From contig CAMDPO010000001.1 in assembly GCA_945904955.1 (NCBI GenBank), positions 28,293 through 92,292 of the forward strand: DNA of 64,000 nt, written 5' to 3'. The position numbers and the translations under genes were made by a program. The DNA comes from Rhizobium sp. Q54 (lineage in GTDB: Bacteria > Pseudomonadota > Alphaproteobacteria > UBA2966 > CAIVPW01). Shown one piece after another: positions 34,964 to 43,883 of this stretch; the stretch's first letter is position 1; each line of letters starts with the position of its first letter. A model generated the notes under the pieces. It saw only the letters and a program-made list of their open reading frames with translations, had not been told where the DNA came from and made no database searches.

Positions 34964-35070
34964 ATGGATGCGCGGGTCAAGTCCGCGCATGAGGGCCTTG
35001 GGGCTAGTCCTACCGCGGCACCGTTGCCCCACTCTTCGTCATGCGCGGGCTTGACCCGCGCATCCATCAC
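34964..35070. repeat. composite inverted repeat: two copies of a 29-bp hairpin unit (GATGGATGCGCGGGTCAAGYCCGCGCATGA) in opposite orientation with a 47-bp spacer
   Basis: Copy 1 is at about 34964-34992 and copy 2 (reverse complement) at about 35038-35066. Each unit is itself a 9-bp-stem palindrome. It translates as MRGLDPRIH / MDARVKPAH in spurious ORFs. Confidence 0.7.
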
Positions 35071-35094
35071 TGCGGCGAAATCGTACAGGTCTTC

Positions 35095-35340
35095 TCAGTT
35101 CGGGTTCGCCTGGACGATCAGGTCGATCTTCCGGGCACGCGGCCAGTGCTTGATGTTCTTCTCGCGTTGCAGCGCGACGCGAATGTCTTGGTGACGCTCA
35201 ACGTAGACGAGACGCTTGAGGCCGTAGCGTTTCGTGAATCCTTCGACGAGGCCTTCGCGGTGCTCCCACGCACGCTTAGCGATGTCGCTCGTCACGCCGA
35301 CGTACAGCGTGCCGTTCGGCGTGTTGGTATGTAGACCCAT
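35095..35340 (-). CDS. GIY-YIG nuclease family protein (small, about 82 aa)
   Basis: GIY-YIG motifs TLYVGVTSDIAKR ... YGLKRLVYVE ... KNIKHWPR. The start is taken at the internal Met (MGLHTNTP). The longer ORF to 35394 begins inside hairpin copy 3. Confidence 0.72.
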   Translation of the reverse strand: MGLHTNTPNGTLYVGVTSDIAKRAWEHREGLVEGFTKRYGLKRLVYVERHQDIRVALQREKNIKHWPRARKIDLIVQANPN

Positions 35341-35367
35341 CCGCCCACCGCCATCGTTCGCTCTGCG

Positions 35368-35396
35368 ATGGATGCGCGGGTCAAGCCCGCGCATGG
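35368..35396. repeat. third copy of the 29-bp hairpin unit (perfect palindrome ATGCGCGGG-TCAAG-CCCGCGCAT)
   Basis: gatggatgcgcgggtcaagcccgcgcatgg lies immediately 5' of the GIY-YIG gene on its coding strand. Confidence 0.7.
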
Positions 35397-35402
35397 CGGT
35401 GA

Positions 35403-35981
35403 CTATACGGCCGACGCCGCCTCTTTGAGCGGCGCGCGCGTTGCCAGCAGCGCCTTAATCTGCTGGATCGCGGCGTTGACCCGTTCGACCATGACGCGGT
35501 CGGCGTTGGTGACCTGGCCCTGGAACACGAGGTTGCGGTAGCGGTTCAGGTCCAACAAGTCGGCGTAGAACGCGCGGTCGATCGCCGCGGCGCCGCGCAG
35601 TGCTTCGGCCAGCTCGCGGAAGCAGCCGCGGCGAGCTCGTAGCGCGCAGGGTTGACGTCGAGGATCGCCGTCGAGATGACGAGCACCGACTTGCCCGGAA
35701 AGTCCCAGCGATTGGTGAACAGGACCGTCAGGCTGAGCACCATGCCGAGGCCCGTCAGCGCCGCCAGGCGGTAGGGGTCGTGATGGTAGCTGGAGGCGCA
35801 GCTCGGAATGCGCGTCCGCCAGCGACTCATCGCGCGCGCGGCGCGACTCCATCAGGCTCAGCACGACCGCGTATCCGGTCAGCAGAAACACAACGAACGC
35901 GGAGATGCTCTGCGCCGCCGCGCTGAACGTCCAGTAGATGAACTCGCTGTCAGCTGCGACGCCTGCTTGCGTTCTTCGCAA
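35403..35981 (-). pseudogene. probable frameshifted or fragmented gene for a membrane-anchored hypothetical protein
   Basis: ORF 35403..35981 has a plausible N-terminus (TM helix FVVFLLTGYAVVLSLM) and C-terminus (AIDRAFYADLLDLNRYRNLVFQGQ). Its middle is Arg/Pro/Gly-rich out-of-frame junk. A plausible middle segment (DPYRLAALTGLGMVLSL...VNPARYELAAA) is in a different frame (ORF 35546..35830). Confidence 0.3.
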
Positions 35982-35992
35982 AGGAGGGCGCG

Positions 35993-37252
35993 CTAGGCGC
36001 GCCGGGCACGATCGAGCAGGAGGGCACGCTCGCGCGCGTTGCGCGTGAGGGAGGCGGCGCGCTCAAACTCCGCCTTTGCCTCTTTGTTGCGGCCAAGCTT
36101 AGCGAGGAAATCGCCGCGCACCGCGGGAAGCAGGTGGTAGCTCTTGAGAGCAGGAATGCCGACGAGGGTGTCGATGATCTCCAGGCCCGCGGCAGGCCCC
36201 GAGGCCATGGAGACGGCGACGGCGCGGTTGAGCTCCACGACCGGGGACGGCGCGATCGTCCCCAGCGCCGTGTAGAGCGCAACGATGCGCGGCCAGTCGG
36301 TAGCATCCGCGGTCAACGCGCGCGCATGGCAGGCCGCAATCGCTGCCTGCAGCACATAGGGACCGGTCGGTTCCCCGATCGCCTCCGCGCGCGCCAGCGC
36401 GCGCAAGCCGCGGCCGATGAGCAGGCGGTCCCAGCGGGCCCGGTCCTGCTCCAACAGCAGGATGGGCTCGCCTCCAGGCCCGGTGCGTGCCGCCGAGCGC
36501 GACGCTTGAATCTCCATCAGCGCGACGAGGCCATGCACCTCGGGATCGGTGGGCGTCAGCTCGGCGAGGATGCGGCCGACCCGCAACGCCTCCTGGCAGA
36601 GCTGCGGACGCATCCAGTCGTCACCGGCGGTGGCCGAATAACCCTCGTTGAAGATGAGGTAGATCACCTCGAGGACCGAGCTGAGGCGATCGCCGCGTTC
36701 CGCACCACGCGGCACTTCGAATGGCACCTTGGCGTCGGCAAGCGCGCGCTTTGCCCGCACGATGCGCTGGGCGATGGTCGGCTCCGGCGTCAGGAAGGCG
36801 CGCGCGATCTCGTCGGTGGTGAGGCCGCCCATGACGCGCAGGGTCAGCGCCAACCGCCCTTCCGTCGCCAGTAGCGGATGGCATGCCGTGAAGATCAGGC
36901 GCAACAGGTCGTCGCCGATGTCGTCGTCCAACGCGGTGTCGTAGTCCGGCACCGCCAGCTGCTGGTCGATCTCGAGATCGCGCCCGATCTCCTCGTGCTT
37001 GCGCTGCTTGAGCTTGCGGTGGCGCAGGCGGTCGATGGCGCGCCGCTTGGCTGTTTGCATCAGCCACGCGCCCGGGTTGGCCGGGACTCCGTCCGTGCGC
37101 CAGCGCTCCAGCGCGGTCACCAAGGCGTCCTGCGCCAGCTCCTCGGCCGCGCCGACGTCGCGCACCATGCGCGCGAGGCCGGCGATCAGCCGGGCCGACT
37201 CGATCCGCCAGACCGCGTCGATGGCGCGGTCTACGTCGCGCGCATCGCCCAC
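35993..37252 (-). CDS. ECF-type RNA polymerase sigma-70 factor with long C-terminal extension (about 419 aa)
   Basis: Sigma region 2 (AEELAQDALVTALERW...RRAIDRLRHRK) and region 4 (LTTDEIARAFLTPEPTIAQRIVRAKRAL), followed by a C-terminal domain of about 230 aa. Its start is 2 nt after the yciI-like stop. Confidence 0.8.
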   Translation of the reverse strand: MGDARDVDRAIDAVWRIESARLIAGLARMVRDVGAAEELAQDALVTALERWRTDGVPANPGAWLMQTAKRRAIDRLRHRKLKQRKHEEIGRDLEIDQQLAVPDYDTALDDDIGDDLLRLIFTACHPLLATEGRLALTLRVMGGLTTDEIARAFLTPEPTIAQRIVRAKRALADAKVPFEVPRGAERGDRLSSVLEVIYLIFNEGYSATAGDDWMRPQLCQEALRVGRILAELTPTDPEVHGLVALMEIQASRSAARTGPGGEPILLLEQDRARWDRLLIGRGLRALARAEAIGEPTGPYVLQAAIAACHARALTADATDWPRIVALYTALGTIAPSPVVELNRAVAVSMASGPAAGLEIIDTLVGIPALKSYHLLPAVRGDFLAKLGRNKEAKAEFERAASLTRNARERALLLDRARRA

Positions 37253-37254
37253 GA

Positions 37255-37812
37255 CTACTTCTTCTTGGCGCGCTTGGCTTTCGCTGGCTTCTTGGCCTTC
37301 CCAGGCTTCTTGCCGACGGCCTTCGCGGGCTTGCGCGCTTTGGCGGCCTTCTTGCCCTCGGCGTAGACCATGCGCGCGCCCTTCGCCTTCTTCGCGAGCT
37401 TCTGGCCGAGCTTCTTGTGGCGCTTCACCGCTTTGTTGTCACCGAAGTCGTCGAGCTCGAACAGCTGGCGAAGCTCGATCTCGCCCTCGCCATCCATGTG
37501 CCCACCCGACTCGTAGGGAACGCGCTTCGCCCACTCGATCGCTTCCGCTTTCGAGCGCACATCGACGATCCAGTAGCCGGCGATCAGCTCCTTGGCTTCA
37601 GCGAACGGGCCGTCGATCACCTTCGGCGCCTTGCCGGCGGCGAAGCGGACGCGCGCGCCCTTGTCGCTGGCCTGCAAGCCGGTGCCGTCGATGAGGATGC
37701 CGGCCTTGGCCAAGCTCTCGTTGTACTTGGCCATGGCGGTCAGCGTTCCCTCGCTCGGCAACACGCCCGCCTCGGTGTCCTTGTTGGCCTTGACCATCAT
37801 CATGAATCGCAT
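37255..37812 (-). CDS. YciI-like (DGPF/Dabb-fold) protein with Lys/Ala-rich histone-H1-like C-terminal tail
   Basis: Start MRFMMMVKANK with GGAGG 5 nt upstream. The core of about 125 aa has the YciI pattern (GILIDGTGLQ...PKVIDGPFAEAKELIAGYWIVDV...AIEWAKRVP). The 60-aa tail is KAVKRHKKLGQKLAKKAKG...KKPGKAKKPAKAKRAKKK. Confidence 0.7.
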   Translation of the reverse strand: MRFMMMVKANKDTEAGVLPSEGTLTAMAKYNESLAKAGILIDGTGLQASDKGARVRFAAGKAPKVIDGPFAEAKELIAGYWIVDVRSKAEAIEWAKRVPYESGGHMDGEGEIELRQLFELDDFGDNKAVKRHKKLGQKLAKKAKGARMVYAEGKKAAKARKPAKAVGKKPGKAKKPAKAKRAKKK

Positions 37813-38005
37813 CGCGTCCTCCGGAGTTCGTGCACGGTACCGCGCCGCTTCATCGACGGGGATATGCCGCCGTAGCAGTGCGTTCGTCCGACGACCCGTC
37901 GTTAGCATGGCGCAGGCAATAGCGGCGACCACGTTCGGCACCCAAAGCGCCACGCTCGACGCGCTGCAGTAGCCGGACGAAGGCCGCCCTTGAACGGAGG
38001 CCTGC

Positions 38006-39628
38006 ATGCTGGCGAACAACACGGTTGGCGCCCCTTCCCTGCGCCTCGGCACCCCCCTTCGCACGGGCGTGGTCGCCCTGCTGGCCGCTACTACCGGCCT
38101 GACTGCGGTGCCTTCGCGTGCCGCCGATGTCGTCTCGCTCAGTTCGCTCACCTCGCATCGCGCCAACTACCGGCTGGCCATGGCGGACGTCGATCGGCGC
38201 ACCGGTATCCAGTCCATCGAGGCGGACTGCACATCGAGATGTAGCGTTCGTGCAGCGGCACGATCGAGACACAGCAATTTGCTGTGGACCCGGACCGGGT
38301 ACACCGACGGCCGCGTGCGCGAGGAACGCACCGCCGTCGGCCTCGATGAGAATCCGCGCACCCAGGCGATGAACTTCGAGACGCGCCGCACCCGCGATGC
38401 GCGCACAGAGGATTTGCCGGGCCGGCCGCAGCTCAATTTCGGCACGCGCTTGCCGGACGAGGCGCGCGTCGACACGTTCTCCGGCCGCGCCCAGCCGGCC
38501 ACCGGACGCAACGCCCGCGGCACCCAAGTGGCGTTCACCTCGCCCAATGGCTGGACGATGCCCATCCCCGCCGGGACAGTCTTCCCCGCCGAGTACACCC
38601 GTACCCTCGTCAACATGGGCGCCACCACGGAAGCCCAGCGCTCGATGCACCTCTTCGACGGCGCGTCGACCAACGGGCTGTATCGCGTGGTCGCCAAGAT
38701 GGTGGGCGCGGTGCCAAAGGACCAAGCGGTCCCCGAGGCCGGACGCACCGACCTCGGCGGCCGTACGTCGTGGCGCTATGAAGTCGAGCACTTCGCGCCG
38801 GGCGCGGCCGACGCCGCGCCGGAGTACACCGCCAACTACCAGATGTTCGACAACGGCGTGATCGGCGAATTGGCGCTCGACTACGGCACCTATCGCCTGG
38901 ACGGTGACCTGCGCAGCCTCGAGTTGCTGGCGGCGCCCGACTGCGGCCGTGGCCCGACAGTGCTCGCGACGGCTACGCCGCCGCGTGGCACTACGCTGCC
39001 CACTGGTCGCACGAGCGGGCCGACACCGCCGCAGATGACCGCCGGGACGGACAGTGGCGGCAACATCTTCGCGCGCACGGCCGCGGCATTCTTCGGAGGT
39101 GTCGAAGGTGCAAGCCTGGCCGCGGATGAGCCGAACGGGGAGGCGGTCGCGGAGTATGAAGAGCTCACGATCGACGACGAGCGCTGCCGGCGCGCGCGGC
39201 CCCACCCGAATTGCCAGGTCGATGCCGCCGAGCCGGCGGGCGTCGCTCAGACTGCCGGATTGCGGCCGCAGCCGCCGCAGCCGACCCCCGGCCCGGGACC
39301 AGGCAACCCAGCGCCGAATCCCAATCAGACCGCGGCCACCTCTCCTGCGCCGCCCGCACCGGCGGGCGGCGTCCGCATCACGGTGCAGCGCGGCACCGCT
39401 TTGCAGGGAGTGGCGCCCTCGACGAGGACGGAAACGACGGCCACCGCTACGGCGCGGGCCACTGTACCTGCGCCCACAACCACGACCGCGGCTGCGACCA
39501 CCAACGGAACTACGGCGGCGAGAGCGGCCACCACGGCCGCAGCTAGCGCGGCCGCAAGGGCGGCGGCGAATCTTAGCGGCTGGCGCGAGCGATCAGGTCG
39601 GAGTTTGGAGCGGACACCAGGGCGCTGA
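38006..39628 (+). CDS. secreted hypothetical protein, possibly EipB/DUF1849-like, with long Pro/Thr/Ala-rich C-terminal low-complexity region
   Basis: Signal peptide (ALLAATTGLTAVPSRAAD). The core of about 300 aa has two Cys (ADCTSRC ... APDCG) that could form a disulfide. The C-terminal 200 aa are PQPPQPTPGPGPGNPAPNP / TTTAAATTNGTTAARAATTAAASAAA. The 3' end overlaps the convergent deacetylase gene by about 55 nt. The family call is tentative. Confidence 0.4.
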   Translation: MLANNTVGAPSLRLGTPLRTGVVALLAATTGLTAVPSRAADVVSLSSLTSHRANYRLAMADVDRRTGIQSIEADCTSRCSVRAAARSRHSNLLWTRTGYTDGRVREERTAVGLDENPRTQAMNFETRRTRDARTEDLPGRPQLNFGTRLPDEARVDTFSGRAQPATGRNARGTQVAFTSPNGWTMPIPAGTVFPAEYTRTLVNMGATTEAQRSMHLFDGASTNGLYRVVAKMVGAVPKDQAVPEAGRTDLGGRTSWRYEVEHFAPGAADAAPEYTANYQMFDNGVIGELALDYGTYRLDGDLRSLELLAAPDCGRGPTVLATATPPRGTTLPTGRTSGPTPPQMTAGTDSGGNIFARTAAAFFGGVEGASLAADEPNGEAVAEYEELTIDDERCRRARPHPNCQVDAAEPAGVAQTAGLRPQPPQPTPGPGPGNPAPNPNQTAATSPAPPAPAGGVRITVQRGTALQGVAPSTRTETTATATARATVPAPTTTTAAATTNGTTAARAATTAAASAAARAAANLSGWRERSGRSLERTPGR

Positions 39629-40544
39629 CCGGAACGAGAACGAAGCCCCGTTCGGCAAGGGTCGGCAGCCATGCCTCGAGGGCAGCGAGCGTCGCGACCT
39701 TCGGATGCCCGATGGCAATGGCGCTACCATCGCGGCGCGCGACCGCTTCCAGCTCGCGCAGCCGAGCCCCGATGGCCTCGGCGGTCTCTTCGTTGTCGAG
39801 GAACACGTCGCGCGACAGGAACGGCACGCCGGCGGCACGGCTCGCCGCCCGGCCGACGGTGTGGCCGGTGGTGACCGAATCGAGGAACAGCAGGCCGCGG
39901 CGCGCGAGCGCGCGCATCAGCACGTCCATAGCGGCCCGGTCTGCGGTGAAGCGGCTGCCCATGTGGTTGTTGATGCCGACGACACCATCGATGCCCGCGA
40001 TGCGATCCAGCGCCCAGTCGATGCGGCGCTGCAACTCGGCACCCGTCTGGCCGAGCAACAGGACATTGATGCCGGGGTCGACGTCCCAGACCTCTGGCTC
40101 CATCGGCACATGCAGCATCAGCTCGTGGCCCCTGCCCCGCGCCGCCGCTGCCATGCCGGGAAGATCAGCGGCGTAGGTCATCAAAGACAGGGTGAGCGGA
40201 CCGGGCAGCGCGACCGCGCGGCGCGCGTTCGGCACATGGACCCCGACGTCGTCGATGACCACGGCGATACGCGGACGACCGTCGGGAATCGCGGCTACGG
40301 CCATCAAGGGAAACGCCGCAACGGCCCCAACCGGTTCCAATGCGGCCGGCGACTCAGCCGAGGGCGGCGGCACAATGTTGGCGGTGATGGCGACGCTCGC
40401 CGGCTCGGACGGCCGCGCCAGAGTCGCGATGCTGGCGCCGATGCCCGCGCCCATACCCACCGCAGAAAGACCTGCGACCACGATGGCAACCCAAACCGGT
40501 CGCCGCAGGGCACGCGAGACAACGCGAAGGGGACGGCGTCGCAC
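39573..40544 (-). CDS. divergent polysaccharide deacetylase family protein (YibQ-like)
   Basis: N-terminal TM anchor plus a domain with AVVIDDVG...LHVPMEP...INNHMGSRFT...LFLDSVTT motifs. Confidence 0.72.
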   Translation of the reverse strand: MRRRPLRVVSRALRRPVWVAIVVAGLSAVGMGAGIGASIATLARPSEPASVAITANIVPPPSAESPAALEPVGAVAAFPLMAVAAIPDGRPRIAVVIDDVGVHVPNARRAVALPGPLTLSLMTYAADLPGMAAAARGRGHELMLHVPMEPEVWDVDPGINVLLLGQTGAELQRRIDWALDRIAGIDGVVGINNHMGSRFTADRAAMDVLMRALARRGLLFLDSVTTGHTVGRAASRAAGVPFLSRDVFLDNEETAEAIGARLRELEAVARRDGSAIAIGHPKVATLAALEAWLPTLAERGFVLVPVSALVSAPNSDLIARASR

Positions 40545-40576
40545 GCGGCGACACTATCGCCTAGCTGCAGCAGGCG

Positions 40577-41011
40577 CTACCGCGAACGGGCGCTGATACT
40601 CGCCGCAACCAGCGACTGTGAATCGGGCTGGGCGAGATCGACCAGGATCGGACAATCCGGCCGGTCGTCCCCAGAACAGCAATCGGCGAGCTGGTGCAGC
40701 GTCGTGCGCATCGCCTGCATCTCGGCGACCTTGCGATCGAGGTCGGCGATGCGCGCCACGGCGATTGCCTTGACGTCCGAGCTGCAGCGCTTGCGGTCGC
40801 GATACAGGTCGAGCAACTCGCCGACCTGATGGACCGAGAAGCCGAGCGAGCGCGCCCGGCTGACGAAGCGCAACGTATCGACGTCGGCGTCGCTGTAGTC
40901 CCGATAGCCGTTGGGCGTTCGGTTCGCCTTGGCCAGAAGACCCACGCTCTCGTAGTAGCGGATGGTCTTGGCGGCGACGCCCGAACGCGCAGCGGCCTCC
41001 CCGATGTGCAT
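40577..41011 (-). CDS. MerR-family metal-responsive transcriptional regulator (CueR/HmrR-like)
   Basis: N-terminal MerR HTH (IGEAAARSGVAAKTIRYYESVGLL), dimerisation helix, and a C-terminal CCSGDDRPDCP metal-binding loop. Confidence 0.8.
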   Translation of the reverse strand: MHIGEAAARSGVAAKTIRYYESVGLLAKANRTPNGYRDYSDADVDTLRFVSRARSLGFSVHQVGELLDLYRDRKRCSSDVKAIAVARIADLDRKVAEMQAMRTTLHQLADCCSGDDRPDCPILVDLAQPDSQSLVAASISARSR

Positions 41012-41048
41012 GCGTCTGTGACTCCCTAACCAACAAAACAGTTACGGA

Positions 41049-41080
41049 GAAATAGGCGTTCCACTCGATGGAAGGTCAAG
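41049..41080 (-). promoter_or_regulatory. putative MerR-type promoter with long spacer and dyad operator
   Basis: On the minus strand: TTGACC, then 19 bp containing the dyad TTCCA-N5-TGGAA, then TATTTC, about 40 nt upstream of the regulator start. Confidence 0.3.
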
Positions 41081-41419
41081 GGACGCGTAGCCACCCTGCG
41101 TGAATCTCGGGCCGAAGTCGCACGTGATGCGGGGGAGGAAGTACTGCCTGTAAGGCCTTTCAGTGTAGGGCTTTCTACGGGCCGATGCGGTCCCAACCGT
41201 GGTGCCCGGTGGTCAAGATCCAGCCAGCGGCCGCCACCCCGCAACGCCCGGGCTCGCGCTGTGCGCATTCGTCACAGGGCGCCAAGCGCCGCGAGTCAGT
41301 TGCTGCGGCGTCTGTCCGTGCATGTCGGCCGACCGCCTGCGCCGGCGCTTTGTCCCGCGGCATTCTCGGACTACGTTGCGGGTCGGGACACGCCCCTACG
41401 CTTGGTACAGGCAATTGAA

Positions 41420-42019
41420 ATGCTTGTTGTTATCGATAACTACGACAGCTTCACGTACAACCTGGTGCATTTCCTGGGTGAGCTCGGCGCCGAGTCGCAG
41501 GTGCTGCGCAACGACGCTAAGACCGCAGACGAGGTTTTGTCTCTAAAGCCTTCTGCTATCGTTCTTTCTCCGGGGCCATGTGACCCGGATCGCGCCGGCA
41601 TCTGCATCGACCTCGTGCGCAAGGCGGCCGGCAAAGTTCCGGTGCTGGGCGTGTGCCTTGGCCATCAGACCATCGGCCAGGTGTTCGGCGGCCGCGTCAT
41701 CCGCGCGCCCGTAGCCATGCACGGCAAGCTCAGCCGCATCCGCCACCAGGGCAAAGGCGTGTTCGCGGGCCTCGCCAACGAGTTCCAGGCGACCCGCTAT
41801 CACTCCCTCATCGTCGAGCGCAGCAGCCTGCCCGCGGACCTTGAGATCACGGCGGAGACCGACGACGGCCTGATCATGGGCCTCGCCCACAAGCGGCACG
41901 CCATTCATGGCGTGCAGTTCCATCCCGAGAGCATCGCGTCCGAGGGCGGCCACCGCCTGCTCGGCAACTTCCTGCGCCTCGCCGGCATGCCGGTGCGCCA
42001 GGTTCCGCAAGCCGCCTAG
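41420..42019 (+). CDS. trpG: anthranilate synthase component II (glutamine amidotransferase)
   Basis: Start at [15 protein letters not shown]. Class I GATase motifs GVCLGHQ and HPES. Confidence 0.9.
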   Translation: MLVVIDNYDSFTYNLVHFLGELGAESQVLRNDAKTADEVLSLKPSAIVLSPGPCDPDRAGICIDLVRKAAGKVPVLGVCLGHQTIGQVFGGRVIRAPVAMHGKLSRIRHQGKGVFAGLANEFQATRYHSLIVERSSLPADLEITAETDDGLIMGLAHKRHAIHGVQFHPESIASEGGHRLLGNFLRLAGMPVRQVPQAA

Positions 42020-42021
42020 CC

Positions 42022-43056
42022 GTGGCCGAAGCGCGCAGCCTCAAGCCGCTGATCGGCCGCGTCGCCGGTGGCGAGCGCCTGTCGCGCCCCGATACGAGGG
42101 AAGCGATCGACATCATGATGTCGGGGGAGGCGACCTCCGCCCAGATCGCCGCGTTCCTGATGGCGCTGCGCGTGCGCGGCGAAACCATCGACGAGATCAC
42201 CGGCGCCGCCGAGGGCATGCGCGCCAAGGCCCTGCCCATCCGCGCTCCTGCCGGCGCCATGGACGTGGTCGGTACCGGCGGCGACCAGAGCAGCAGCTAC
42301 AACGTCTCGACCGCAACGGCGTTGGTCGTCGCTGGTTGCGGCGTGCCGGTCGCTAAGCACGGCAACCGCGCCATGTCATCGAAGTGCGGCTCGGCCGACG
42401 TGCTGGCGGCGTTGGGCGTCGCCATCGAGTGCGATCCAGCCCTGGTGCAGCGCTCCCTCGATGAGGCAGGCGTCTGCTTCATGCTGGCGCCCAAGCACCA
42501 CGCCGCGATGAAACACGTCGGGCCGACGCGCGTGGAGATGGGCACGCGCACCATCTTCAATCTTCTCGGGCCTCTTTCGAATCCGGCCGGCGTGAAGCGC
42601 TACCTGCTGGGAGTGTTCTCTGCCCAATGGGTCGAGCCCCTCGCCCACGTCCTCGGCCAGCTGGGCGCCGAGCGCGCCTGGGTCGTGCACGGCTCCGACG
42701 GCCTCGACGAGATCACCATCACCGGCCCGACCAAGGTCGCCGAACTGCGCGACGGCAAGGTCCGTACGTTCGAGATCGCCCCGTCCCACGCCGGCCTTTC
42801 CGCCGGCAAAGCGGAGGGCATCAAGGGCGCCGACGCCGCCACCAACGCCCGGGCGGTACGCGGCGTACTCGCGGGCGAGCCGAGCACTTTCCGCGACATC
42901 GTCCTGCTCAACGCCGCCGCGGCGCTGATCGTCGCCGGCAAGGCGGAGGATCTCCAGCAGGGCGCGGCGCTCGCCGCCAAGTCCATCGACGGCGGCAAGG
43001 CCAAGGCAGCCCTCGACAAGATGGTGAGCGTCACGACGGCGGCGGTGCCCGCCTGA
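42022..43056 (+). CDS. trpD: anthranilate phosphoribosyltransferase
   Basis: Motifs VGTGGD and KHGNRA. GTG start 2 nt after the trpG stop. Its stop overlaps the trpC ATG. Confidence 0.9.
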   Translation: MAEARSLKPLIGRVAGGERLSRPDTREAIDIMMSGEATSAQIAAFLMALRVRGETIDEITGAAEGMRAKALPIRAPAGAMDVVGTGGDQSSSYNVSTATALVVAGCGVPVAKHGNRAMSSKCGSADVLAALGVAIECDPALVQRSLDEAGVCFMLAPKHHAAMKHVGPTRVEMGTRTIFNLLGPLSNPAGVKRYLLGVFSAQWVEPLAHVLGQLGAERAWVVHGSDGLDEITITGPTKVAELRDGKVRTFEIAPSHAGLSAGKAEGIKGADAATNARAVRGVLAGEPSTFRDIVLLNAAAALIVAGKAEDLQQGAALAAKSIDGGKAKAALDKMVSVTTAAVPA

Positions 43057-43880
43057 TGACGGAAAGCGTCCTCGCCCGCATCTGCGCCGACAAGCGCGAG
43101 CACATTCGCCTAACGCGCAAGGCCAAGCCGATCTCCGCCGTGGAGCGCGAGGCCAAGGCGCAATCGCCGGTACGCGGCTTCGCCGCGTCGCTGGAGAAGG
43201 CCGTCGCTCGCAGCGGCACCGGTCTGATCGCCGAGGTGAAGCGCGCCTCGCCGTCGAAGGGCACTCTGCGCACCGAATTCGCCCCGGCCGATCTCGCCAA
43301 GGCCTACCAGGCCGGAGGGGCCGCGTGCCTCTCGGTGCTGACCGACACGCCATACTTCAAGGGCTCGGACGCCGATCTGATAGCGGCGCGCAACGCCGTG
43401 ATCCTGCCGGTGATCCGCAAGGACTTCATGCTCGATCCCTACCAGGTGGTGGAGTCGCGCGCGCTGGGCGCCGACTGCATCCTGGTGATCATGGCCGCAC
43501 TCGACGACATGCAGGCCGCCGAGATCGCGTCCGTCGCATCCGAATGGAAGATGGACGTGCTGGTCGAGGTCCACGACGAGAAGGAGCTCGAGCGCGCCGC
43601 CCACATCGGCGGCACCCTGCTCGGCATCAACAACCGCAACCTCAAGACCTTGACCATCGACCTCGCCACCACCGAGCGCCTCGCGCCCCGCGCGCCCAAG
43701 GGCACGCCACTGGTGTGCGAAAGCGGCATCGAGACCGCGGCGGACGTCCAGCGCATGCAGCGCATCGGTGTCACGCGCTTCCTGGTCGGCTCTGCCCTGA
43801 TGGTGCAGCCGGACGTCGCCCAAGCCGTGCGCACCCTCCTCGCCCCGGCCGGCGTCGCGCCGCAGGCGCGCACGGCATAG
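43056..43880 (+). CDS. trpC: indole-3-glycerol phosphate synthase
   Basis: 274 aa, motifs EVKRASPSKG, LPVIRKDF and GINNRNL. Confidence 0.9.
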   Translation: MTESVLARICADKREHIRLTRKAKPISAVEREAKAQSPVRGFAASLEKAVARSGTGLIAEVKRASPSKGTLRTEFAPADLAKAYQAGGAACLSVLTDTPYFKGSDADLIAARNAVILPVIRKDFMLDPYQVVESRALGADCILVIMAALDDMQAAEIASVASEWKMDVLVEVHDEKELERAAHIGGTLLGINNRNLKTLTIDLATTERLAPRAPKGTPLVCESGIETAADVQRMQRIGVTRFLVGSALMVQPDVAQAVRTLLAPAGVAPQARTA

Positions 43881-43883
43881 GGC

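Noticed and set aside
41012-41419. possible trp leader peptide or attenuator upstream of trpG
   Set aside because: I looked for a short ORF with tandem Trp codons and alternative hairpins and found none. The only ORFs here are GC-artefact frames. It may instead hold the MerR-type promoter facing the other way.
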